Assembly (NCBI GenBank): GCA_951406725.2
Contig: OX597825.1
Location: 23,932,001 to 23,996,000, forward strand
Source: Octopus vulgaris
Lineage: Eukaryota
Direction of reading: 5' to 3'
DNA length: 64,000 nt
Of the stretch, positions 1 to 13,822 are shown one piece after another. Each line of letters opens with the position of its first letter. Position 1 is the first letter of the stretch. Both the position numbers and the translations under genes were made by a program. The notes beneath the pieces were generated by a model. That model was not told the DNA's origin and did no database searches. It worked only from the letters and a program-made list of their open reading frames with translations.

Positions 1-462
1 TGATTGTAACTGCCAGAGGAAAATCAGATTGTTGTTGCGTACCATTTTGAGTATTATTCAACTACGGACAAACACAAAAGTACGAAGCAAAGGAGAAGCT
101 AAAAATAGTATGAAATGCAACCAGTCGTTTTTTGCGAGCGTATCTATAGCTTGGTAACGTGTACCAAACGTTCGCTAATTGTTTTAGATACATTTATGGT
201 CGGGAACAGACATAGCCACCCTCCAGGCGCTCTCAGCCTTTACTGTGATAAATTCAGGAATGTGACAGCGGTGAGTGAGAGCTCTTCCAGCACCCAGTAG
301 GGAACTTATTTACGGCTGCACAGGCTGGAGCAACGTGAAAAAAAGGTACCCTGCTCAAGGACAAAATACGCTGCCGGTTTAAGTATTGAACCTGCGACGT
401 TGTGATCACCTTGTTAGTTGACTATCTAGTGTGTGTGTGTGTGTGTATTAGGGAAATGGTGA

Positions 463-790
463 AGGAACGTGGCTTAGTGGTTAGCATATTCGGCTCTTGA
501 TCATAAGGTCGTGAGTTCAATTCTCGGCAGTGCATTGTGACCTTGAGCAAGACATTCTAATTCCCGTTACTCCAGTCCACTCACCTGACAAGAGTGCATT
601 GTACCTTTACTTCAAAGAACCAAACTTGTGTCACGTTCAGGTGTCACGCAGTATCTCCCTGATAACTACGTTTACGGTTACGCGTATCTGTGGAGTACTC
701 AGCCACTTTTAAGTTAATTTTATAAGCAAGCTGATCCACAGATCAGATCAACTGGAACGTTCGTCATCGTAACCGACAGAGAACCAGTTA
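463..790 (+). mobile_element. tRNA-derived SINE, diverged copy (group C)
   Basis: A-box TGGCTTAGTGG and B-box GAGTTCAATTC; body and tail (...CGTCATCGTAACCGAC) are similar to the reverse complement of 10419-10805. Confidence 0.7.
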
Positions 791-1231
791 TTAGCAAAAT
801 ATTGTACTCGGCAAAGAAAATTGAAAGAGTATATAATCTGTCGAGCACTTCAATAAATATATGGATCGGTAAAATAATCACTTAATAAAGTACAGTCGTC
901 GTCCTTATCTTGAAAGGTCTTGAAGGTAGCACCTCAGTATTGCCGTAATCCAACGGCAGAAACCTGCACAAGATGAAGGAAAAAAGTAACAAAACAAATG
1001 ACATAATCAAAGCCAACGTTGAGGTCTAACGACAAAATGCATCGCCAAAAGCGATCGGTTAACTTTACTTTGAAATTGAACTATATCTGATCTGAAATCG
1101 ACAGCCGCCAGTCAAGGGAACTGGCCCAGAGGATTCAAGGTGTCTTGCAAAACCCAAGCAGTAGATTTGAACTCGTGATTCGAAAACAAGTGGTCAAATT
1201 CCGTGTTAAGTCGAAAATCTATTGTTGCATT

Positions 1232-1494
1232 TAATAAATAAATAAATGGGCCCTTTTAAAGCCTAGCCAGACTCATGGGACCGGTTTCCCGGTTTCAGTG
1301 GCGTATGATATCCCCAGCTGGACGGGACGCCAGTCCATCACAGCGTTACTCATTTTTGCCAACTGAGTGGACTGGAGCAACGTGAAATGAAGTGTTTTGC
1401 TCAAGAACACAACGTGTCGCCCGGTCTAGGAATCGAAACCACAATCTTACAATCATGATGCTGACACCCTCACCACTTAGCTATGCGCCTCCAC
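1232..1494 (-). mobile_element. tRNA-derived SINE, unit of a tandem pair
   Basis: Reverse complement has a tRNA-like head GTGGAGGCGC...GGTTTCGATTCC, a central CTG(C/T)GATGGACTGGCGTCCCGTCCAG domain and an (ATTT)n tail; close copy of 1495-1750. Confidence 0.8.
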
Positions 1495-1750
1495 TAAATA
1501 AATGCGCCCTTTTATACCCTAGCGAGGGCCATGGGCCCGGTTTCCTGGTTTTTATGGCGTATGTGTTCCCCAGCTGGACGGGACGCCAGTCCATCGCAGC
1601 GTTACTCATTTTTGCCAGCTGAGTGGACTGGAGCAACGTGAAATGAAGTGTTTTGCTCAAGAACACAACGTGTCGCCCGGTCCAGGAATCGAAACCACAA
1701 TCTTACGATCATGCTGCTGACACGCTAACTACTAAGTCACGCGCCTCCAC
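1495..1750 (-). mobile_element. tRNA-derived SINE, second tandem unit
   Basis: Direct repeat of 1232-1494; a degenerate plus-strand relative lies near 7720-7935. Confidence 0.8.
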
Positions 1751-2364
1751 TATTCTTACATTTACGGAGAGAAAAAGAACACATTAGAAAACCAGAAAAT
1801 TATGTGGTTTGGCTAAATAGTAAAAGCAAGTTGAGGATAACAGAATAACCAAAGATAATAAAACTTGATATTTGTATGTCCTCATTCTTCTATAAAACAA
1901 TTACGCTTGACAGAAGACTTTAACTTGTAAACAAGATTTCTATTCTTATCTCTTTTTCTTTGAATTCGTTTTCTTTATGAAGAAAAGTATTAAAATGTCT
2001 CTCAAAAGAAAATAAATCATAATTCAAGAGTTTCTTAATAATAGTCAGGTATAGTATTACATACATTTATGACTTGGAGCTAAATGTAAATTTAGATGAA
2101 TTCGTGGGAGGTAGATGGACACACGGATGGCAAAATCGCTAAAGGAATATTCAGTTTCGATCATTTACTGTCTTAAATTTCCAAGTCTGTGAATGTTAAT
2201 ACAATAGCACAAACCTACTAGGTTGCGGCGAGAAATTACATCGGTTGTCTGGCAACAGGCGAAGGACTTGTGGGGAAAAATACAATGAAGAGGCTTCAAC
2301 TGAGAATTGGAATCGGTTTGCGGGCGAAAAGCATAATCATGAACTCGGCCACTTACTTGTCTTT

Positions 2365-2745
2365 TATCTGTTATTTCTTACTTGTTTCAATCATTTGACT
2401 GCGGTCATCCTGGGGCGCCGCTTTGAGGAATGGAATTTTAGCCGAACTTATCGACCCCCAGGTACTTATTTTATTGCTTTGTAAACCCTGGTACTTATTA
2501 TATCTGTCTCCTTTGACGAGCCACTAAGTTATGGAGACGTAAACATCCCAACACCTGTTGTCAAGCGGTGGGGGGGGACCAACACACACACCTATATATA
2601 CGACGGGCTTTTTCCAGTTTTCGCCTACCAAATTCCACCCACAAGGCTTTGGTCAGTCTGAGGTTCTAGTAGAAGACACTTACCCAAGGTGCCATGCACT
2701 TGGACTGAACCTAGAACCCTGTAGTTGGGAAGCAATCTTTTGAAT
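2365..2745 (-). mobile_element. SINE group A, diverged copy
   Basis: Similar to 11540-11955 and 51254-51653. Confidence 0.7.
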
Positions 2746-2769
2746 TCCCTCTGTATTTTCATTGTCATT

Positions 2770-3520
2770 TCTTGACAATTTTGGTCGTCTAATTTTTCAT
2801 TTTTTGTTGTTACACTTCTAGTTGTTCAGGCCATGGACTTTTGGAATATTTTCAGAAGTAATATATCTAGAACTTTCTCGAATATGATCTTGTTTTATGT
2901 CGGCAGGTTGAGATTTAACGGGCATATTGCTGCTATATGTAGCAGGTCGACCAACTGACGATCGTCTCCCTTGTAACATTGTCTCAATATTTATATGAGT
3001 TGAGGTTTTTATTTATGCTGTACTTTACTTGTCACACTGTACCAGAATTCTCTTGGAAATTTATTTCGGTAAAAGATTATCTTAATATCAAAGAAGATGT
3101 ATTCTTAGTCTTCAGGTATCAAGTAAATTCTGAATCTAAATCTTTGGTTTTATTTTTGTGCAAAGTTTATATGAAATAGTTGCTTTATAAACTCGTCTTT
3201 TCTATGTGATACTGTATCGTATAATGTTCCATGTGAAGTATTGATACGGTACTTTGTCGTAAATATATCGTCAATGTACAAGAAAGTCTTGGTCTTGTAT
3301 GATTAATGAAAAATTTCGGAGAGTCAGTTTTACAGACATCATGATTGAATATTAAATGAAAATGATATATTTTTCTGTGGTTTGTTATACTTAGTGTTTA
3401 CGAGTAATTTCCGTAATATATTATTAAATGTTAAAATATAACATACACACACATATACATATTATGTTTTGGTATATAAACTATTTTTACAACGTATTCG
3501 TCTATCCTGTAGCAACAAAG
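2770..3520 (-). pseudogene. possible highly decayed Penelope-like reverse transcriptase remnant
   Basis: Minus-strand peptides NSLYTK, KTFLYIDDIF (YIDD motif near 3260-3290), YIFFDIKI and YSSNMP occur in the order expected for a PLE RT; many stops and frameshifts. Confidence 0.35.
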
Positions 3521-4296
3521 CAGCTCTTATATAATCATTTATGTGTGGTCTGTTTTTGTTTTTAATTAGTTTTGTGTCTGTTGAAGTTCTGTAAGTAATC
3601 GGTTCTGGAATCATATTGCTTTAGTAAACCGAAATATAATTGGGATTGTATTGTTGTAGAGACAGACTTATTTGCAATTTTCTGTTTCCTTTTATCGATC
3701 GACGTTTCTTTTATTCTATTTATGTTTATTTTGTTAAGCTTCGGTTATGTGGGACAAACTAAAGACTACTAAAATTATTACACAATGGTATAATTTACAT
3801 ACGAACGCCATGGTTGTAATATGTGAGTAATGAGCGATATTTTAGCCTACATTGAAGACTACGGCTTTTGGTAGCTAAAACTTAAATTTGGTATACTACA
3901 ATCTCGTTTAATTTCCCTTCTCTTAATGTCACAGAAAATTAGGATAAATTCTAGTTATGGATATCATTGACATCCAGAAAGTCGGATAATGTAATCTTAC
4001 GTTACCTAAAATCGGCAATTTTGCTATCGCCCTATAAATTATTGAAGATAAATACCTTGGTTACATTTGCTTCCGTTTCAGTTGCTTTGAAATTTTCATA
4101 ACGATAAAGAAAATTGTTTTTTTTTTTATTATAGCCCGAGGCATTAATAGAAAGCACTTGCCGGAGGTTCCCACGCAGTGGGACTGAACCATGAACCATG
4201 TGGTTGGGAAACAAGCTTCTTAACACGCAGCTATGCATGCGCCTATATATATATTATATATATTACCCGAAATGTATAGTATTAAATAGCCATCAC

Positions 4297-4388
4297 GGCT
4301 GATCTTACCAATCGGTTTCACGTAAAGAATACAATGGAGTGTAAGGTAATAATCCGATTATCTAACTTTACGCTCTTAAGAGTTAACC
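4297..4388 (-). ncRNA. degenerate minimal hammerhead ribozyme motif
   Basis: RC reads CTTAAGA (core mutated) - GCGTAAAG...CTTTACGT 8-bp stem II - GAAA - CCGATTGG - TA; segment lies between (TA)n tracts. Confidence 0.45.
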
Positions 4389-4457
4389 AGTATGGAAAGG
4401 AATATAGCGACTAGTGTCCATTGTCGGAGGTGGATTAGCACAACCGGTCAGCGGCTG

Positions 4458-4494
4458 CTATATATATATACATACATTTATACACACATATATA

Positions 4495-4579
<85 letters not shown>

Positions 4580-4878
4580 GTGTGTGTGTGTGTGTGTGTA
4601 TAAAAATTAAAAATAATGAGTGGTGAAAAATTGAATATTAATTTGATTAATATCAATTTAAAACCAGTGGTCTAGCATATAGAAAAATCTGAAGATTCAG
4701 AAAAATTATATTACATACTTACAAGTTAGATGACCACTAAGATACAAAATATAAATATTTAATCTTTCATTTGTGTTTGCTAAATTTTCTTGAGAGCAAT
4801 CCTTTCTTAGTGATAAGACCATAGGGGGTCGACTTCTAGCATATGTATGGCCACTTAGTCGTCATCCTTCTTATATGT

Positions 4879-4919
<41 letters not shown>

Positions 4920-5301
4920 TTGATACACTCATCCGAGTTAGTCCATTAAATTTGAACATTTCAAAGAAGCAATTCTAACTCTTTTGCTATTTCTAAAACT
5001 AATATCTTTTCTCTTAACACTGCTTCAATAAAAGTATAAGTTACCATTGACTGACTAGTGACAGCTGCAATGTATGGCTTCTTCAGTTAATGCGATCAAT
5101 TTTGATATTTATTCTTTACTTCAATAAAAACAATATATTTTCTATTGTATTCCTACAGCTTGTGGTAAGATTTAACTGAAGGCAATGTAAATTAAATGAA
5201 CATAGTGTCTGCAACTGAACATAGAAAACGAGTCCATATTCACACGTAAGTATATACATGCATACATACATACATTCATACAAACCTATATGTATGTAGA
5301 A

Positions 5302-5353
<52 letters not shown>

Positions 5354-5624
5354 ATATATATATAGTATGTACGTATGTATGCACACATACATACATACAT
5401 ATATAAATACATATATATATACATATATATTCATCTGTGTATATATGCACCCATACTTGTGTATGCACATATATACATGTATATATACACATACATATCT
5501 ATGCGGAGTATAAATGTATACATGTATGTGTGTGCGTGTGGATATAATATATATTTATATTATATATTTATTTGTATCTATCTATTATATATATATAGAG
5601 AGAGAGAGACATATACATATATAC

Positions 5625-5686
<62 letters not shown>

Positions 5687-6060
5687 TTATATATGTATAT
5701 GTGTGTATATATATATATAGGCATATACATGTATACGTATATATGTACGCATGTGCATGTCGTAAAATATATACCCACTGATCTGTCTCTATATATATCT
5801 CTGTGTGTGTGTACTGATGCATGTGTGAGTGTGCTTGCGTGCATATGTGTAACATGCATGTATATATCATACATATATTCACACACATATGTATGCATAC
5901 GAGGAGACGCGCATATATATGCACATATACATATATAAATATTCTCAGACATACATATATTTCTATACTCATACATATATGCTTGCGTCCGTACGTAAAT
6001 GCATACATGCACACATACATACTTACATACATACATTCATACATATGTGTTCGTATGTAT
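4458..6060. repeat. (TA)n/(TATG)n/(TG)n microsatellite-rich block
   Basis: Directly visible; source of the YIYI/VCVC pseudo-ORFs. Confidence 0.9.
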
Positions 6061-6247
6061 GGAGCTGTTAAGTGGAGCATATGCAGCAGTTAATACTCTC
6101 TGTCGAAAGCATTTAGCTTCAGGTACTTCAGCTGTCTTTCTGTTTTTCCTACGAAGTGGAAGAAAACTGCCACTTTAACAAGAAAACTCTGATCTAGCGA
6201 GTAAGTATCTAAACGGTCACTTGCCGGCAAGAAATATTAGCCATGCT

Positions 6248-6708
6248 CTCTTTTACTCTGTTACGCTTTTACTTGTTTCAGTCATTTGACGGTCGCCATG
6301 CATGAGTACCGCCTTTAGTCGAGGAAATCGACCCCAGGACCTATTCTTTGTAAGCCTAGTACTTATTCTGTCGATCTTTTTTGCCGAACCGCTAGGTTAC
6401 TGGGACGTAAATACACCAGCATCGGTTCTCAAGCGATGTTGGTGGGGGGACAAACACAGACACAAAAAAACACAAACAAACACACACACACACACACACA
6501 CAAACACACACATACAAACACACATATATATATGCATATATACGACGGGTTTCTTTCAGTTTCCCTCTACCAAATCCACTCACAAGGCTTTGGTCGGCCC
6601 GAGGCTATAGTAGAAGACGCGCTTGCCCAAGGTGCCTACGCAGTGGGACTGAACCCGGAACCATGTGGTTGGTAAGCAACTACTTACCACATAGCCATTC
6701 CTGCGCCT
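6248..6708 (-). mobile_element. SINE group A, near full length
   Basis: RC has head GGCGCAGGAATGGCTATGTGGTAAG...GGGTTCAGTCCC, CTTGGGCAAG core, internal (CA)n and a GTAAAAGAG tail. Confidence 0.85.
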
Positions 6709-8622
6709 AGCCATATCCATCAAATGATATCGTATTCTTTTCAGTAAGAGAATGCTACACTAGATATAGTATCTTGTAGACTGAACATGTTTCTCAAATG
6801 ACGGTGTAATAAAAACTAGACTACTTGTGATCATAAAGCGTTGAAAACCATATTCTGTTTTAAGAACATAAAAACCATGAAACCCAAGGCCGATAATCCA
6901 GGTTTGATTTGTTTGATCATTTCAAGTATTTTACAACGAATGCAATAAATGTCGAATTTGATGATATATAAGAATGACAAAGCAGCTTTAATGAGAACAT
7001 GTGAACTGGTATATGGAAGCGGGATTTGATTCTTATGCTTTTCAGTAACGAATTGTTTCAATCTGACTGATGTTCGAAACGTGGCCATCCAATCTTCGTT
7101 TTAGGCATTGTATTATATCATGATTTTGATCATGTAATTTCCATCTGGCTGTGACCAACACGTCTTCATTTCTGACATATACTATGTCTTCGATCATCCA
7201 GTTTATATACAGTAATGTTAAAGTACCAGACAGCCAGATAAAAGTTGGTACTCCGTATCCAATCTACTGTAGAGTATTGTGTTCTTGGCTGAGGGACACA
7301 ACTGGAATAGGACATGATTGTTACATATTGCCAGTGAAGTTTCTTTATAAATATAATTATTCATCTAGCAAAATGCAGCAAAATACATGAGATAGCACTT
7401 GTTATTGTTGTTCTTGTTCTTGTTCTTGATAATGATGAAGAAGATGGTGATCATGATGGTTCACTCCAGGTCAACTATTATCAAATAGACATAAGAACAA
7501 GGGCATTCTAGCCTTTGCCAAATGGCTTTTATTCTTTTGTTTATTTAGGGCTACATTACCTAATCTGGAATTGCAGAGAGAAAGGTATGAATTAATGGGG
7601 ATTAGGCTACTATTTCTAGTAACCTGAGTGACCACATACAGACACCTGCCTTCGACCTATTTTTGTATAATTTATAACATATGTGTAGGGCGTGGCTGCT
7701 TCAGTCAATAATATGAAACAAAGTGTATTGTTCTCATGATCGTAAGATTGTGGTTTCGATTCCTGGAACGGGCGATGCGCTGTGTCCTTCAGCAAAACGC
7801 TTTCATTTTACGTCCATTAAGGTGGTGAAAATGAATAATCCTGCGATGGATCGGCGTCCCGGCGTCCCGTCCCATGGGGGGAATATATACGCTGCTGAAT
7901 CCGGGAAAACAGTTTCATGAGCCTATGGCACGGGAAGGACTTTTGCTTCCTTTCGATTTATTAAAGTAGGTAGATGTGTGTGTATATGTACGCATGCGCG
8001 CACGCGTGTGTGGCGAGATATTAAAATGGAGACATACAGGCTCCACAAGGTTTTAATTTTAAAACGCCACACCATTACAAACCTTATACCAAGAACCAAA
8101 TAATCTAATGGACTAATCACTAAAATCCGTACACACACATACACACACACACACACACACATACACACACACACACATGCAGCCTATTGTTCTACTTCAC
8201 TGCATTAATTACATTGATACTTCATATATTGACTTTCTTCGCAAACATCCTCCATGGATTTATATGACTTTCTTCAAATATTCCAACATAGTAGTGTCAG
8301 ATCAATTAGATAGCATTTAGATTCACGGATTTATTAACTTCACGGTCCGCGATATCGCAAACCAATTATGCCCCCTAGAAGATATATATATATATATATA
8401 TGTGATAGCGTACAATTATCTTTCGAACTGGAAACGTTCCCGATTTAATGCTTGTCACTATTGTGACAGGTTCATTTCTGACTTTCTTTCTCTCTTTATT
8501 CTCCTGGTTATTTTAAATCTTTCTTTCATCCAATCTTTATGCATTCACCGGTCGTTATCCTTATCGTTACCCCACTCCCGGCTCTCTCTCCCTCTCTTTC
8601 TCTCACTGTCACATAAATAGAA

Positions 8623-8793
8623 CATTATTTACATTATTTACATTCGACGGATATTTGTCCTCGTCTTGCTTGTTGTTAACACAAATTGTCGGCTGATATA
8701 CCCCCCAGCCTTCATCAGGTGTCTTGGGGAAATTTCGAACCTGGGTTCTCATGCCTAAGGTATTTTTCGATGTTATTATTATTATTGCAGTTG

Positions 8794-8871
<78 letters not shown>

Positions 8872-8942
8872 TCACTGCCTGGAACCGAACTCGGAACCTT
8901 GGGGTTAGTAGCTCGCGCTCTTAACCATTACGCCATATGCCC
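8623..8942 (-). mobile_element. tRNA-headed, hammerhead-tailed short element (left arm of palindrome)
   Basis: RC: GGGCATATGGCGTAATGGTTAAGAGCGC...GAGTTCGGTTCC tRNA-like head, (AAT)n, then GACAC-CTGATGA-A-GGCTG...CAGCC-GACA (GAAA mutated). Confidence 0.8.
8678..8723 (-). ncRNA. minimal hammerhead ribozyme motif (GAAA mutated in this copy)
   Basis: Stem I GACAC/GTGTT, core CTGATGA, stem II GGCTG/CAGCC; GAAAC-GTT is intact in the sister copies near 9150 and 17866. Confidence 0.6.
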
Positions 8943-8944
8943 GT

Positions 8945-9009
8945 GGGCTTATAGGTTAAGAGCGCCGGTTACTAACCCCAAGATTCGATTTCGATTCCAG
9001 GCAGTGACC

Positions 9010-9057
<48 letters not shown>

Positions 9058-9253
9058 ATAATAATAATAATAGTAAAATCGAAAAATACCTTAGGAATGA
9101 GAAACCAGGTTCGAAATTTCTGCAAGATGAAGGCTTGGGGTATATCAGCCGAAACGTTGTGATCACAGCAAACAAGATGAGGACAAATATCCGTCAAATG
9201 TAAATAACGTAAATAATGTACATAATTCCTCGTCTCTTAAATATAGAACTGAA
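8945..9253 (+). mobile_element. tRNA-headed, hammerhead-tailed short element (right arm of palindrome)
   Basis: Inverted copy of 8623-8942 with a longer 3' tail ending AATATAGAACTG; the pair is flanked by the direct repeat ATAAATAGAA (8613-8622, 9254-9263). Confidence 0.8.
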
Positions 9254-10418
9254 ATAAATAGAAGTTATAGCATCCCACATCACACCAAGTTGTGATTTGA
9301 TAGATTCATCTTCATCAATTGTAATCACACGCAATGAGTCAGATAGTTCATCACATTAACAAAAAGCAAAAGTCGTAGAATTTCTTCGACAGTCACGTTA
9401 GACTCTTTCCGGGGGTATGGCAAGGAACCGAATCTTGTTACCACGCCTATGGCTCTCCAGCAGCAACGCTCTCCAGCAGCAACGCTCTCCAGCCAATGTT
9501 TGAACCCTGGCTCCGCCAGCATTACATAGACGTCTGAATTGAGCCTAAGCCCTCTTCAAAACCGATGAGAGGATGGATTCCAGTGAGAGACTTACAACGC
9601 CTGCCGTATCCCTTCCTGGTAGCCACGGCTTCGTAGTCTTTGTTGCAGCTGTCCCTGTCCCGTCTTACAGCCTTTACAGTGTTAACAGATTATTGACCTG
9701 CAGCCATGATGTCGACATTTCGATACCCGGCGCGAATCGTCATGATTACACGTAACTCTATTCCAATTTTCAGATGATTTCGAATCCTCCATGTCAGATA
9801 ACATTTCCTTATCTACATGCTTAATATTTATGCTCTCCAACACCGCTGTCTGTTTACCAATGCATTAAGGAGTTCCTAAAAAAAAAAAGAGATATAAACA
9901 CCGTCAAATTTATCCCGAACACCCTGTAAATGTAAATTAAAACGCTGTTAATGTGCCGAATACTGGGTTTTCTCTTATGTACTTTATCACATAACGTTTA
10001 TTTGAGATGAATCAGCCGACAATTGAAACCGTTGTGCAAGAATATATTTCCAGACGCTTATCGCCTGGAACCATGACCATTGCAATTCAATATTTAAACA
10101 GGAAAACAGATGTGGTTTGAAAAGAGAATACCGAAAACTTAACTCGAGTCTGAAGTTTTAGGTTTTAAAGGATAATGACAGATTATTGTTACTTGATTTG
10201 TCTTATTTAATATTTCATGTTATTTTCAAAGTGAAACTTCGACAAAGAAAATTTTTTATGAATTTAGATAATTAAATATCGCAGGAACGCAACAAATATC
10301 GAAAACTACACAAGAATTAAGTAAAGAAAAAGAAAGAAATCCATAAATTTTGATAAACATTTACATAAGGAGGATTCTTTTACCATATGTGTGTGTGCGC
10401 GCGTGTGTATATATGTGG

Positions 10419-10805
10419 AAGCACTCCGTCGGTTACGACGACGAGGGTTCCGGTTGATACGAATCAACGGAACAGCCTGCTCGTGAAATTAACGTGCAAT
10501 TAACGTGGCTGAGCACTCCACAGACACGTGTACCCTTAACGTAGTTCTCGGGGATATTCAGCGTGACACAGAGAGTGACAAGGCCGGCTCTTTGAAATAC
10601 AGGTACAACAGAAAGAGGAAGTAAGAGTGAGAGAAAGCTGTGGTGAAAGAGTACAGCAGGGATCACCACCACCCCCTGCCGGAGCTGCGTGGAGCTTTTA
10701 GGTGTTTTCGCTCAATAAACACTCACAACGCCCGGTCTGGGAATCGAAACCGCGATCCTATGACCGCGAGTCCGCTGCCCTGACCACTGGGCCATTGCGC
10801 CTCCG
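10419..10805 (-). mobile_element. tRNA(Arg)-like-headed SINE (group C)
   Basis: RC head GGAGGCGCAATGGCCCAGTGGTCAGGGCAGCGGACTCGCGGTC...GGTTTCGATTCCC with A and B boxes; tail ...CGTCGTCGTAACCGACGGAGTGC. Confidence 0.8.
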
Positions 10806-10810
10806 TGTAT

Positions 10811-10956
<146 letters not shown>

Positions 10957-11389
10957 GGCGGGGGTTGTGTTTGTGAGTGAGTCTTAGTGTATGAATTTGT
11001 GCTCCTACATCAATTGGTGTGTCAGTGTGTTTACGTCCCGATAACCTAGCAGCTCGGCAAAAGAGACTGGTAAAATTACTACCAATTTTTACAAAAAAAA
11101 CCGTAAGCTCTGGAGTCGATTCGTTCGGCTAAATTTCTTCAAGGCAATGCCCCAGCATGGCCACAGTCCAATGACTGAAAGAGGAAAAAGAATAAAGAAT
11201 ATATAGAGAGAGGGTACGGTGAATATATTGTCTTCTAAATTGCACAAAAAGGAAAACAACACTGACATCTCATCTTAACATATACTTGCCATAATCACAT
11301 AAATATATCTTGCAATGCTAGAGTAAACTTATGAAATAAAATAGCCATTGGGTTCAACCATATATGTATGTATGTATATATATATATGT

Positions 11390-11459
<70 letters not shown>

Positions 11460-11539
11460 ATATATATATATATATTATATTAAATTAGAGATAAAACCAC
11501 TATTATGTATATATATATACACATGTATGTATACTCTCC

Positions 11540-11742
11540 CTCTCTTTTACTCTCTTTTACTTGTTTCAGTCATTTGACTGCGGCCATGCTGGAGCACCGC
11601 CTTTAGTCGAGCAAATCGACCCCGGGACTTATTCTTTGTAAGCCCAGTACTTACTCTATCGGTCTCTTTTGCCGAACCGCTAAGTGACGGGGACGTAAAC
11701 ACACCAGCATCGATTGTCAAGCGATGCTAGGGGGACACACAA

Positions 11743-11781
<39 letters not shown>

Positions 11782-11953
11782 AACATATATACGACAGGCT
11801 TCTTTCAGTTTCCGTCTACCAAATCCACTCACAAGGCATTGGTCGGCCCGGGGCTATAGCAGAAGACACTTGCCCAAGATGCCACGCAGTGGACTGAACC
11901 CGGAACCATGTGGTTGGTTAGCAAGCTACTTACCACACAGCCACTCCTGCGCC

Positions 11954-11955
<2 letters not shown>
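11540..11955 (-). mobile_element. SINE group A, full length
   Basis: Complete head-to-tail copy, very similar to 15842-16263 and 51254-51653. Confidence 0.9.
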
Positions 11956-12044
<89 letters not shown>

Positions 12045-12078
12045 AAAAAGGAGGCTGTCAGAATTTTTGGAGAATTAT

Positions 12079-12120
12079 TTATTAGCGCTTTCGTTCGTTT
12101 AATCAAATTCTTCAAGATAA
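12079..12120 (-). ncRNA. degenerate minimal hammerhead motif
   Basis: RC TTAT-CTTGAAGA-ATTTG..CGAAC-GAAA-GCGC-TA-ATAA: palindromic stem III and stem I intact, core has an extra T. Confidence 0.45.
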
Positions 12121-12292
12121 TAGAACCAGCTAATAAAGAATTATCCAAAATTCCTAATGCCACCACCTTTTTCTTAATATACAATATCTGTACAGTACTT
12201 CAAATACACACAATCTCTCTTCTCTCTCTCTCTCTCTCTCTTTATATATATATATATATATATATACATACATATATATATAGTATATATGC

Positions 12293-12378
<86 letters not shown>

Positions 12379-12766
12379 TTACTTGATGAAGGAAAATGAA
12401 TATGCAACGAACATGATTTTTTTTAAAGTCTAGTTGAGTAAGACTAATGTTCTTATGGTTCGGTGCAAGTTTTAGTTGCTGAAGAGAGATGTAGTGTTGG
12501 AATCAACTGCACTACATTAACCGCATGTCTTTAATATAAACTAGAATATATGAAAATCAAAGCAAACACTCATAGAATATTGATACAACCCAGTGCAATG
12601 TGCTATGCTCTACTATTTCATCAACGCATATCGCCTTTGCAATTGTATGTAATAATGTCTCTCTTGGCACAAGGCCAGACCTGGGTTTGTTAGTCAATAT
12701 ACATTTATATACATTTATCTTACGTACATATGCGGTTATGTATATGCACACATGCACCATAGGGAG

Positions 12767-12815
<49 letters not shown>

Positions 12816-12952
12816 TTATGTGATGTTATAAAGAAACGTAATTCAACATTAAACTGGAAGATCAATCAGAGTACATGTTTCATTAAATTTTATATGGATA
12901 ATGTTGATAGTGACTTCGAAATCTCGGCGTACCAACCACCACCACCAATGTA

Positions 12953-13019
<67 letters not shown>

Positions 13020-13822
13020 ATATTACGTGCTCCATTCAAGAATTTCATAATCTCAACGGAATAAAATGCTTCGCCGCTCTCACTGTCATTTGAACTCAGA
13101 ACACGGAACTGACAAACCTTGTGACGTTTTATTTTCCGGACTAACAACTCTTGTTAGATTTATGATGACAAGCGTTCCAATCGTTACTATCGTTATTTTA
13201 AATAAATATATAATTTTCATTTTTCACGATTGTAGGACATGTTTTGCAGATTTCACTGCTATTTCCTAATTGCTAGCAAAGCAATCGACCGTGAAGACAC
13301 TTTTCTGGTTCGTTTGGCTCTTGGTCTAGATTGCTGGTAAATTTTTTAATTGTTTCTCTCCGTGTTCCTTTATGTAGCAAGTGGAACGGTGGAGAACAGA
13401 AACACTTGCAACGTTCTTACTCATAGAACAATAAGAAGTTCTGGGAGGAATTTCTTGTAATTTACTCCATCCAGGTACGTAACGCAAGGGAATTCAGGGT
13501 CACAATTTTTCCCTCTAACTACTCTTAAAAGCCTCATCAGTGACTCCCTGTCCCATATGTTTCCTCTTGCCCTTTTCATTCCATTATTCTTACGTCAAAT
13601 CCCGTTGAGGACATCTTTACTTTTCTTCCTTCCCTGGGTCAATAAAATCTCAATCAAGTACAAATGTCGATAGTATCGATTCACATCTCACCTCAGAATT
13701 AATGACCCTACGCCTAGATTGGAGCTAATCACTACTAAAAGAAGCAGTAAACTGCAAATTTTATTTTATATTATAATTACTCACAGCCCAAAGTCACAAC
13801 TTTCTATAAGCAATGTTTTACC

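Noticed and set aside
8868-8942. Functional tRNA gene
   Set aside because: Acceptor stem pairs poorly, there is no oligo-T terminator, and it is fused to a repeated element
9330-9780. GC-richer segment, possible exon or transposase piece
   Set aside because: No recognisable protein motif in any frame
12868-12905. RC CATTA..TAATG-AAA-CATG-TA hammerhead-like half
   Set aside because: No upstream core is visible
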